DNA from: a virus
Lineage: Duplodnaviria > Heunggongvirae > Uroviricota > Caudoviricetes
Length of the DNA: 20,069 nt
Direction: 5' to 3' (one strand)
Virus record (IMG/VR): IMGVR_UViG_3300031760_000012
Location: 97,387-117,455 of that record
The notes beneath the pieces were generated by a model. The model was not told the DNA's origin. It searched no databases and saw only the letters and a program-made list of their open reading frames with translations. Both the position numbers and the translations under genes were made by a program. The stretch's first letter is position 1. Each line of letters starts with the position of its first letter. Positions 1 through 7,426 of the stretch are shown one piece after another.

Positions 1-114
1 CCCTGAGCAGATCCGCTCATACTCTTTTCCGTCTTTTGTTTTATACATCCGCCCCAACCAGTAATTGTACGCATCACCGTTGAGGATGTACCCTGACTCA
101 AGCTGGATCTTCAT
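1..114 (-). CDS. Hypothetical protein, 5' part only (runs off the window edge)
   Basis: GGAGG RBS at 121-125, ATG at 114, open frame MKIQLESGYILNGDAYNYWLG... to position 1. Confidence 0.6.
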   Translation of the reverse strand, partial: MKIQLESGYILNGDAYNYWLGRMYKTKDGKEYERICSG

Positions 115-127
115 TCAAAACCTCCAT

Positions 128-153
128 AAAAAAGAGGAGCCCGTAGGCTCCTC
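128..153 (-). terminator. Intrinsic terminator
   Basis: GAGGAGCC-UACG-GGCUCCUC hairpin followed by U6, starting at the stop codon of the upstream CDS. Confidence 0.8.
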
Positions 154-850
154 AATTGAGATAATCTGTAACTGTTCTGTTTAGATAAACCACGTTCGAA
201 TTTTTCGCATCACTCGCGGCTGTTAATCGATGCGTCGCACGGTCGTAGTATAACAACGTACTCGTCAGCTGGTCATCCGGATAGATTCGCTCGTTCTGGT
301 CGATCAACAAATCCTGCAGGCGATCAGCGTCTTTCGTCCCGTCGTCTGCCGCCAGAAGGAAAAAGTCTTTGGTCAGCGGCATGATGAAGTAGCTACATCC
401 GAAGCTCTCCGCGATCTGTTCCATCATCCCTTCGTAGAACAGTGCTGATGCTCCGAAAACCTCGTCCGTATGGATCAGATAAAAGTTCGGATCCTCGAAC
501 AGCATGGACACATTCACTCGATCCGTCGCCTTCTCGAAGATCGCCGGGAAGTGTCGCTCCATGCATTCCAGCGCATCGTCGAACATGTCCGAGATGTCAA
601 GAGACTCCCGAACCGCGACGAATGTCTCAACCGGAACATGGTAAAATCCGTCTGGCTCCTGCATTAAAACCTCAACGACCATTGTTAACCCGCCCGGAAG
701 CTCCTCTTTGCAAAAAGTTGTTTCATTCTCAGCTTCTTCTTCTCTGACGGCATCGGACGGATAAATCACAACGCCGAGCTGATTTTTGATATCGTCATAA
801 TCTTTCGCATGACGACTTTCTTCTATTGTAAAATACTTTTCTTCTTCCAT
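152..850 (-). CDS. DUF5688-like protein (divergent)
   Basis: C-terminal half FYLIHTDEVFGASALFY...SYFIMPLTKDF...LTSTLLYYD resembles DUF5688; likely start MEEEK at 850 after AAGGTAGG. Confidence 0.55.
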   Translation of the reverse strand: MEEEKYFTIEESRHAKDYDDIKNQLGVVIYPSDAVREEEAENETTFCKEELPGGLTMVVEVLMQEPDGFYHVPVETFVAVRESLDISDMFDDALECMERHFPAIFEKATDRVNVSMLFEDPNFYLIHTDEVFGASALFYEGMMEQIAESFGCSYFIMPLTKDFFLLAADDGTKDADRLQDLLIDQNERIYPDDQLTSTLLYYDRATHRLTAASDAKNSNVVYLNRTVTDYLN

Positions 851-866
851 GCACCCTACCTTTCTT

Positions 867-1097
867 TTATTCAAATGCAACCTCGTGACACATATCCATT
901 ACATAGTCTGGCGGAACTCCTAACGCATACACTGCGTAATACTGTGAATTAAACCACTTTTCACACTCCTGCTGTCCATCAGTGTCGCCGGAGCGAAGCG
1001 CCTTGATATAATCGTAGGCAACTCCTTTGATAATCTCTCCCGCTAGATTGATGTATGGATCAGATACAATCGGTCTGTTATACGGCTTCCTCTTAAT
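867..1097 (-). CDS. Phage hypothetical protein (about 76 aa)
   Basis: 3' part of track ORF 867..1421 (DPYINLAGEIIKGVAYDYIKAL...EKWFNSQYY); RBS GGAAGGTG; start uncertain, possibly ATT at 1097. Confidence 0.5.
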   Translation of the reverse strand: MKRKPYNRPIVSDPYINLAGEIIKGVAYDYIKALRSGDTDGQQECEKWFNSQYYAVYALGVPPDYVMDMCHEVAFE

Positions 1098-1113
1098 TTT
1101 ACCACACCTTCCT

Positions 1114-1755
1114 TCACAGTAAACCTTCGAGCTCTTCCTCGTCGATCTCAGGAATCGTTTCCATAACAAGATACTCTTCCGGGATGTCCTCGTGTGTTCC
1201 GTCGTACTCCTCGTACCACGATGTATCCGTCTCGTAGATGTATCCGTTGTCAGTGAAGTCGCCGTTCTCTTCCATCGCCACGTCGCTACCGAACGATTCG
1301 TAGTCGAAATACCTCTTGGCGAAATCGGATAGCTCATCTCCGTAGCATCCGGATTCTTCGATCCAGTACATCCCGAGATCCTCTTCATCATGGACGTCGC
1401 CCAACAGACAGTAATTTTCAAGGTTGAACGTCATGTTGATCAAACCCTGAATGTCACATGCATAGTCACAGATCCCCAGAGCTGACTCGTATACGAGCTC
1501 GTCGTAACCGTCGAGATCGTCGAGAACATGTGCCAGATAGTTCAACTCGTCCAGATTCTCATATTCGCTGAGCTTGTCGGAAACTCCGTAGATCGAGATG
1601 TCGTAATCTGTTATGAAAATCTCTCCGGGTCCGAGCCTGTCGAGAACTGCAGAGATATTTTTCTGTGTTGCCGGGAACGTGACCCATTCGCCGACCAGAT
1701 CGCCCATGGTATATTTGCTCAGATTTGTTACGAATGCTGCAAACTTCATATCCAA
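1114..1755 (-). CDS. ardA: ArdA-family antirestriction protein (acidic DNA mimic)
   Basis: Very acidic; motifs YTMGDLVGEWVTFP, EIFITDYD, EYENLDELNYLA, DEEDLG, YFDYESFGSDV, GDFTDNGY; start is TTG 1755 or ATG 1749. Confidence 0.9.
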   Translation of the reverse strand: MDMKFAAFVTNLSKYTMGDLVGEWVTFPATQKNISAVLDRLGPGEIFITDYDISIYGVSDKLSEYENLDELNYLAHVLDDLDGYDELVYESALGICDYACDIQGLINMTFNLENYCLLGDVHDEEDLGMYWIEESGCYGDELSDFAKRYFDYESFGSDVAMEENGDFTDNGYIYETDTSWYEEYDGTHEDIPEEYLVMETIPEIDEEELEGLL

Positions 1756-2180
1756 CCGCCTTCCTTCATCGATGTATAACCTTTATGCGAAACGATAACG
1801 TGATCCAGAAGCTCAATGCCGATCTTCCGCCCAGCGTCGCGGACTCGGCGCGTTATGTCGAAGTCGATATCGGATGGACTCGTGTCGCCACTTGGGTGGT
1901 TGTGAACCATGATGATCGACCGCGCGTTCGCGAGTAGCGCCCTCTTGAAAATGTTTGGTGGATCCAGATATGATCCGGATATGCCACCGTGTGAAACCTC
2001 AGAAACTCCTATGACGTTCAGGGCTGAGTCCGCCAGAAGAATGAAGATGTGCTCCTCTGGCATTCGATCAAGCTTCAGTCGCTTGCACACCTCATATACA
2101 TCCTGCGGACTGCTCGAGTTGCCGACGACTTCAAAATCCTCATCAGCAACCAGTTCTAACGACCATTTGGTAATATTCAA
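1746..2180 (-). CDS. radC: RadC-like JAB domain protein (UPF0758 family)
   Basis: EEHIFILL, HNHPSGDTSPSDID and LLDHVIV motifs; TTG start after AGAAAGGAG. Confidence 0.9.
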   Translation of the reverse strand: MNITKWSLELVADEDFEVVGNSSSPQDVYEVCKRLKLDRMPEEHIFILLADSALNVIGVSEVSHGGISGSYLDPPNIFKRALLANARSIIMVHNHPSGDTSPSDIDFDITRRVRDAGRKIGIELLDHVIVSHKGYTSMKEGGWI

Positions 2181-2202
2181 CTAACCACTCCTTTCTCTCT
2201 CT

Positions 2203-2346
2203 GGCGGTCTTTTTAAGGTATAGTGTCATCCTTAAAACACAAGAGGCTTAAGTTTTCCGTCTCTCGGAAAAGTTAAGCCGAGAAACTCAGACATTGTGGA
2301 ACTTCGGCGAATCACCAAAGTAGCGCTGTGCGCACTCATCACCGCC
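2203..2346 (-). ncRNA. Retron-like ncRNA cassette A (predicted)
   Basis: 6-bp terminal IR GGCGGU/ACCGCC, unpaired G at 2340, conserved two-hairpin core at 2300-2340, long msd-like hairpin at 2245-2279 and a second hairpin at 2211-2237. Confidence 0.65.
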
Positions 2347-2355
2347 GTGTTAAAT

Positions 2356-2630
2356 GCAACGACCTCGTTATAATTGCAGCATTATTCCCCAGCATTAGTC
2401 TGCGTAAAGTTCCAGGTTTACGTACGCCATCTCGTGGCTGTGGGGGTCCAACCAGCTCGATCGTCTGGCTGTTCCTTTTGGAATTCCAACGGTTGTCCAG
2501 TCATCTTCGCTCGCAGGTTGTGTCGATGGAGGTCTTCCTCCGGATGCGCCTCCTCGGGATCCCCTTCCTGGCTTCTTGAAACTTCAGCGTATCGCTAAAG
2601 TAGTGCACTATGCACACTCATCGTCGTTGC
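2356..2630 (-). ncRNA. Retron-like ncRNA cassette B (predicted)
   Basis: 8-bp terminal IR GCAACGAC/GUCGUUGC, unpaired G at 2622, conserved core at 2580-2622. Confidence 0.7.
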
Positions 2631-2866
2631 TACAGTAAATTCATTACATCGTCAAAATCGATTGGATCTACGACACGAATCTTTTCTAATCGCCATGCGA
2701 GCAAGCTTATTTCGCCTAATCTATCATGATATATATTAATAAACGCTTCTCTTCCATCATCAAGGTAATCAATACCTTCCACTTCAAAAACCTCCCCATA
2801 ATACTCTGAAAGATGGTCGTTCGCTCCATTCTCTTTCAACATTACACGATCGCCTACTTGAAACAT
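2630..2866 (-). CDS. Small SH3/KOW-like protein with acidic-hydrophobic C-tail
   Basis: MFQVGDRV N-terminus, tail PIDFDDVMNLL, GGAGG RBS. Confidence 0.7.
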   Translation of the reverse strand: MFQVGDRVMLKENGANDHLSEYYGEVFEVEGIDYLDDGREAFINIYHDRLGEISLLAWRLEKIRVVDPIDFDDVMNLL

Positions 2867-2880
2867 AAAATCTCCCTCCG

Positions 2881-2909
2881 AAAAAGGAGGGCGGACCGAA
2901 GCCCGCCCT
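2881..2909 (-). terminator. Probable intrinsic terminator or attenuator
   Basis: AGGGCGGGC-UUCG-GUCCGCCCU hairpin, then CCUUUUU. Confidence 0.65.
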
Positions 2910-2917
2910 GTTGATTA

Positions 2918-3289
2918 TTAATCGAAATATACTGTGAAACTTACATTGAACATGTCGTTCAGCGTCGCGAGATCGTCGATCGTCGCGTTCCGGATTTCGC
3001 CATGGATCTTTTTCCCTTTGGCGGCTTTCTGAGCAACCTCCGCCAGTGTTACCTGCCTGAGCGCGTTCTCTTTCTGAGTGTCATCAACTGCTGTCGCCTT
3101 CTTGTTGGCAAGTCTTGCACGCCTCCGTGCATCTTTTGCTTTGCGATACTCTGGAAGAATGTACGCCTTAGCTGTCTCACCGGAAACTCCGAAGACCTTG
3201 CCGATTCTTTCGTAGCTTAAGCCCTCCTTGTTTCTGAGCATGCGCATAACTTCAACCTGTTCATTGTTGCACATAAATTTTCTTGCCAT
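2918..3289 (-). CDS. Putative HTH DNA-binding protein
   Basis: N-terminal MLRNKEGLSYERIGKVFGVSGETAKAY is HTH-like; RBS GGAGG. Confidence 0.6.
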   Translation of the reverse strand: MARKFMCNNEQVEVMRMLRNKEGLSYERIGKVFGVSGETAKAYILPEYRKAKDARRRARLANKKATAVDDTQKENALRQVTLAEVAQKAAKGKKIHGEIRNATIDDLATLNDMFNVSFTVYFD

Positions 3290-3299
3290 GTAATACCTC

Positions 3300-3524
3300 C
3301 TACAGCAAACCCTTTACTTCATCAAATGTAAATTCATCAATTGGATTGAATGGCTCAATGTCGCCATAGTCGAAATGCCAACGGAGTCCTTTCAATTTTA
3401 CATAATCTCCATTGTCTTCCTCTACAGGAAAAACCTGACCTCGTATTTCCTGCACAGCTTTAACGTATTGATCAATCGGTACTCGCAATAAACTGATTGT
3501 CACCAAATCTCCTTTTTTGTACAA
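3300..3524 (-). CDS. Small SH3/KOW-like protein
   Basis: MYKKGDLV N-terminus, tail FTFDEVKGLL, RBS GGAGGTG. Confidence 0.7.
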   Translation of the reverse strand: MYKKGDLVTISLLRVPIDQYVKAVQEIRGQVFPVEEDNGDYVKLKGLRWHFDYGDIEPFNPIDEFTFDEVKGLL

Positions 3525-3542
3525 TTAACCACCTCCTTAATA

Positions 3543-3813
3543 ATCAATTAATACACTCATTATGAATCGTACGCCATTTGGTCCCAGCTGCACTCCGAAT
3601 CTGCCGGCTTCGAGATGACTCGACAGTCGAGGACTACCGAGCTGCTGCAACGGTTTCTGCACCCTGACCTCGAATTCCAAGCGGGATTGCTTCCCGATGA
3701 CCAGCCTTAAGCGCGCATCCAGGTGCCTCCGGCAGCCGTTCCCCTTCTGGCTTCTTAAAACTTCGGCGAAGCGCCAAAGCAGTGCAAACGCACACTAATC
3801 TATATTAATTGAT
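3543..3813 (-). ncRNA. Retron-like ncRNA cassette C (predicted)
   Basis: 13-bp terminal stem (11-bp perfect IR at 3543-3553/3803-3813 plus U-G and A-U), unpaired G at 3800, conserved core at 3759-3800. Confidence 0.7.
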
Positions 3814-4053
3814 CAGTTCCAAAACCTCATCAAAATCAATCGGTTCGACTCCGCCAACAAGAGAAAGTTCCTCTTCTAAAAAGTAATCTCCGTCCTCACA
3901 TATATCCAAGTAGTAGCGATCCCCTTCGGAACCAGGTCCAGTTTTTATAATCGATCCAATCTTGCCTTCGTACATATCTGGATACGCGTCCGGAACGTCG
4001 TCACGATTTCCGTCGAAATGAACTTTCACAACATCTCCTATTTTGTACTTCAT
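3805..4053 (-). CDS. Small SH3/KOW-like protein
   Basis: MKYKIGDVV N-terminus, tail PIDFDEVLELIN; paralog of 4050..4304. Confidence 0.75.
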   Translation of the reverse strand: MKYKIGDVVKVHFDGNRDDVPDAYPDMYEGKIGSIIKTGPGSEGDRYYLDICEDGDYFLEEELSLVGGVEPIDFDEVLELIN

Positions 4054-4304
4054 ATAATCCTCCTGTCGATCAGATCGAGAACCTCATCAAAGTCAATCGG
4101 ATCTACTTCGTTAAAAGGGAGAAGTTCATCTTCGAAGAAGTAGTCGTCTGGCTCGCTTATATCCAAGGTGTAAGTGGCATCTTCACCTGTGCCACAAACA
4201 TTAACAACCTCACCAACCCGATCTTGATACGCCTCAATATACCTGTCCGGTGTTATACCCCTTATGAGATGGCATATAACTATATCGCCAACCTTGTAAC
4301 TCAT
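4050..4304 (-). CDS. Small SH3/KOW-like protein
   Basis: MSYKVGDIV N-terminus, PIDFDEVLDLI; ATGA overlap with the RT stop. Confidence 0.75.
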   Translation of the reverse strand: MSYKVGDIVICHLIRGITPDRYIEAYQDRVGEVVNVCGTGEDATYTLDISEPDDYFFEDELLPFNEVDPIDFDEVLDLIDRRII

Positions 4305-5473
4305 ACGATCCTCCCTGCGATTGTATCTTTCAGCTCTTGCTCAATGTCAAAACCATACTTCTGGCGGCACTTCTCGAAGGCGCTCGTTATGAAGCTCGGC
4401 TCAACATTGCGGTAGTACGAAACCAGACCAAGCATGTAATGCATATCCCCGAGCTCCCATTCGTTGCGGTGATTCGCGAAATTGTGGCACATCGACCGGA
4501 ACGTGCGCTTCTTCTTTGAGCCGATCGTGATTTCGTTGTCCTTGTTCAGCATTAAGCCATGGATCCAGTTCCTACCTGCTCTTGAGCCGTAGTGCGTCTT
4601 TTCTTGCTTCAATTCATATGGAGCCCCGAACTCGTCCAAAACCCCTCTCATATATGCGAGAACATCCTGAAACATGAACGAACCTTTACAGCTGATATTC
4701 ATATCGTCAGCGTATCGAGTGTACACGAAATGATTTCCATCAAAGAGATCTCCGTTATTGTTCCGGAAATCTCTGGCGAAGCGGAAGTCGATCGGGATCA
4801 TGATGACGTTTGTCAGGAATGGACTGATCGGTGTTCCCTGTGGCAGACCGCCATTTAAGAAGCACAAATCCAACGCTCGCTCGAGCTGCTCCCGTCCGGT
4901 CGGCAAGTTCATCACCTCGCTGAACGGGAATATATCCGACAACATCCGTGTCACAAATTCCTGATCTGTGCTCCCGAAGAAGTTACTGAAATCCGTCTTC
5001 AAAAACCACCATGATGCGTTGCGCTGGTGGCGCTTCACAGCATCGAGTGCTGAGCGCTTCTTGATGTACGCAAACGCTGATGTGTGATATAGCGGATTGT
5101 ACACAGTTTCGAAGATAAACTTCAGCTGACGCAGTGCTTCTTTCAGTTCGTCGCACGGTTCGTCGATCGTCCGGAAACCTCCAGACGCTTTCGGGATTCG
5201 GAACTCCGTATACATACTCTGGCGGTCACGCTCGAACAGATCCGCATGGCGCTGATTCCACTCCCTCAGTGAGCTGACCATCCGGTCGAGCCCTAAGTCA
5301 CGGTAGTACTTAAACGGAACTCGGTATGGGTAATACCAAGTTCTTGTGAATGTGTCATTCTGTGCGTACTGCCGAGATCTCAGAACAGCTTCGAGATCAA
5401 CCGTGTTATTCAGAATATCATCTACGTGTATTTGACGGACTTTTGCCGCCAAAGGAGTAACAATGTATGGCAT
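4301..5473 (-). CDS. Retron-type reverse transcriptase (390 aa)
   Basis: FRIPKASGGFRTIDEP, SAFAYIKKRS...H, LKTDFSNFF, LPQGTPISPFLTN, YTRYADD, and IHGLMLN in place of the retron VTG motif; start MPYIV at 5473 after AAGGAGG. Confidence 0.9.
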   Translation of the reverse strand: MPYIVTPLAAKVRQIHVDDILNNTVDLEAVLRSRQYAQNDTFTRTWYYPYRVPFKYYRDLGLDRMVSSLREWNQRHADLFERDRQSMYTEFRIPKASGGFRTIDEPCDELKEALRQLKFIFETVYNPLYHTSAFAYIKKRSALDAVKRHQRNASWWFLKTDFSNFFGSTDQEFVTRMLSDIFPFSEVMNLPTGREQLERALDLCFLNGGLPQGTPISPFLTNVIMIPIDFRFARDFRNNNGDLFDGNHFVYTRYADDMNISCKGSFMFQDVLAYMRGVLDEFGAPYELKQEKTHYGSRAGRNWIHGLMLNKDNEITIGSKKKRTFRSMCHNFANHRNEWELGDMHYMLGLVSYYRNVEPSFITSAFEKCRQKYGFDIEQELKDTIAGRIV

Positions 5474-5485
5474 AGAAACCTCCTT

Positions 5486-5600
5486 CCTGCTCATGCACAT
5501 TACTGAACGGACCGATGTTAAGAAAGGAGACATGTCGTTTGGAGGTATTATGTATTCGTACACCAATCCGTTCGGTAATGAGCACGGGCATGTGCTCATC
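5486..5600 (-). ncRNA. Structured RNA in the RT leader (element D)
   Basis: 8-bp hairpin AUGAGCAC/GUGCUCAU plus a 21-bp stem (5560-5580 with 5498-5518; one mismatch, three G-U) directly before the RT RBS. Confidence 0.5.
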
Positions 5601-5871
5601 ATATTAAATCGTCGATTCCGTCGAAATTTGCGATAAACCCGTGATACGGGATCAGGTTCTCTGCCGACCATACGAAATCATCAATTGACGGGCAGTCACC
5701 ACTCATGGAATTCTTTGTCAGATAATACCCTTTGTAGTTAGAACGGTCTGTGACGATCCGCTTTATCGTAAAAACTCTGCCGCCAAAAGAATCGATCATG
5801 TATTCATTCGCCGGAATAATGATCTCGTTCTTTACGTACACAAGGTCACCTTCTATAAATTCATAATTCAT
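5599..5871 (-). CDS. Small SH3/KOW-like protein
   Basis: FIEGDLVYVK, tail NFDGIDDLI; paralog of 5868..6140. Confidence 0.75.
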   Translation of the reverse strand: MNYEFIEGDLVYVKNEIIIPANEYMIDSFGGRVFTIKRIVTDRSNYKGYYLTKNSMSGDCPSIDDFVWSAENLIPYHGFIANFDGIDDLI

Positions 5872-6140
5872 ATCAGATCATCAACTCCGTCGAAGTCCAT
5901 GTCGTTATATCCATACGGAATCAGGTTTTGTGCCGCCCAGATGTAACAACTAATCGGTGGACAATCCTGACTCATGGGCGTTCTCTCCAAGTGGTACCGA
6001 ACATCCCCGGCGCCGTTATGATATCGCTCTTGTATTTCGAAAACTCTCCCGCTGAAGGAATCGATCATATCTTGGTTTGCCGGGCCGATAACCTTGTTTT
6101 TAACGAGTACGAGATCTCCTTCATTGAATTCTGTCATCAT
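5868..6140 (-). CDS. Small SH3/KOW-like protein
   Basis: Start MMTEFNEGDLVLVK at 6140 after GAGGTGA; tail DFDGVDDLI. Confidence 0.75.
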   Translation of the reverse strand: MMTEFNEGDLVLVKNKVIGPANQDMIDSFSGRVFEIQERYHNGAGDVRYHLERTPMSQDCPPISCYIWAAQNLIPYGYNDMDFDGVDDLI

Positions 6141-6147
6141 AGTCACC

Positions 6148-6819
6148 TCAGAACGCGTTGATTGCGAAGTTGAAACCGTCAACGATGATGATCTTCTTGA
6201 GATCCTTTCCCCTGACAAAGTTCAGCCAGTTGTTGACTCCGATATCTGCGATCAGCCTTGGAATCGAACCAACCCCCAGTGTCGTACCACATGCACTCAC
6301 CGGTGTGGCAGCTGTTGCTTCCTCATGGGTGAAATCCATCGAGGCGAAGAAATTCTCAATGTCATCAGGAACCTGCCAGTCAGCGGCGAAGGTCTGCGCG
6401 TCCTCGAGCCTCGTCCGGAAGTCGAACATTGCTTTGATCCCTGTGTTGTACTGATTCTCCGTCACGATCTGGCGGCGGACGTCGATCGAGTCAGGTGCGA
6501 CGAAGACATACCCTGAAAGCTTCTGACCAGTCCAGCCATCATATACAAGCTTCAGATTCATATCCGGGTTGATGTCATTGAGGATCTCCGCCAGAGCATC
6601 GATCTTATATTCTCCGATATCCTTCTGACGAAAAACCTGATTCGCTATGTTATGAGACTCGACTCGGTCGAAGTCGTACAGAACCATTTTCGTAACACCC
6701 AGACGGGCGAGGTTGACCGCAATGTTCCCGCCAACAGAACCACACCCGATGATGTGGCACCGACTCGAACCTAAGTCGGACGGGCTGAAGTACTCTAATG
6801 ATTTTTTCAGATCGATCAT
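6148..6819 (-). CDS. ThiF/MoeB/E1-family adenylyltransferase (Ubl-activating)
   Basis: IIGCGSVGG nucleotide-binding loop, LYDFDRVESHNIANQ, candidate catalytic Cys in PVSACG. Confidence 0.9.
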   Translation of the reverse strand: MIDLKKSLEYFSPSDLGSSRCHIIGCGSVGGNIAVNLARLGVTKMVLYDFDRVESHNIANQVFRQKDIGEYKIDALAEILNDINPDMNLKLVYDGWTGQKLSGYVFVAPDSIDVRRQIVTENQYNTGIKAMFDFRTRLEDAQTFAADWQVPDDIENFFASMDFTHEEATAATPVSACGTTLGVGSIPRLIADIGVNNWLNFVRGKDLKKIIIVDGFNFAINAF

Positions 6820-7172
6820 AATTCGCTCCTTTCGTTTGCCGCCAGAAGAGAATCAATGTCTTCTGACATGTTTTCGTTAAGTAAAACCCACGTCGGAACC
6901 GGGTCGCCATCGAACATAGGTTCAGTCCGCTCGAACATGATATCCTCCCATGCATATCTTCCACCATCGATGTCGAGGCGGTATATGTCAGATTCGCGGG
7001 AATGATATCTCGAGCTCGCATGAATTATCGTCGCGATGCTTCCACCGTACCGGTGCATACCAGGTACAACATTCGCTGTGTATGCTTCATCTGCTTTTTC
7101 GGTCCAGTCGTAATACTCATTAAGCAAAAACTCTGGGAGTATGGTAACCGTATCTCCTACGTTATATTTCAT
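6816..7172 (-). CDS. SH3/KOW-like protein
   Basis: MKYNVGDTVTI ... YRLDIDGGRYAWEDIMF. Confidence 0.7.
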   Translation of the reverse strand: MKYNVGDTVTILPEFLLNEYYDWTEKADEAYTANVVPGMHRYGGSIATIIHASSRYHSRESDIYRLDIDGGRYAWEDIMFERTEPMFDGDPVPTWVLLNENMSEDIDSLLAANERSEL

Positions 7173-7426
7173 TAGATCAACTCCTCCACCCCACTGAAAT
7201 CAATCGCCGTCGTTGTCTCTGCGAAACACCATTCGTCCCATGTCCAGGTATCACCCTCAAGGTAGTACCTATCGTAACCCGTTCCGTGATGGGCACTCTT
7301 TATCACATGTACCTCTCCTTCCATATCGATCATGTCCTGATTGATCCATAGGTTGTTTGGCGTTCTCTGATTTTCTCCCAGATACTTCATCGTGATTGTG
7401 ACCTTGTCACCTTTTTTGTATCTCAT
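7172..7426 (-). CDS. Small SH3/KOW-like protein
   Basis: MRYKKGDKVTI ... YYLEGDTWTWDEWCF, tail IDFSGVEELI. Confidence 0.75.
   Translation of the reverse strand: MRYKKGDKVTITMKYLGENQRTPNNLWINQDMIDMEGEVHVIKSAHHGTGYDRYYLEGDTWTWDEWCFAETTTAIDFSGVEELI

Noticed and set aside
867-1421. Full 184-aa track ORF
   Set aside because: Its 5' two-thirds overlap ArdA in another frame; only the 3' part looks coding
2299-3800. The three repeats as a CRISPR array
   Set aside because: Copies are degenerate, irregularly spaced with genes between them, each enclosed by its own IR, and no cas genes are present
2630-5473. RT as a DGR acting on the SH3-like paralogs
   Set aside because: No TR/VR pair differing only at adenines, no Avd-like gene recognised, and the RT motifs are retron-like
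5532-5636. Antisense 34-aa ORF preceded by SD-like sequences
   Set aside because: SD-to-ATG spacing is only 2-4 nt and no plus-strand promoter is seen; better read as anti-SD segments on the RNA
4301-5671. Group II intron, or the 456-aa RT start given by the track
   Set aside because: No maturase X domain or intron domain V is seen; the strong RBS favours 5473, and the extension overlaps the upstream gene
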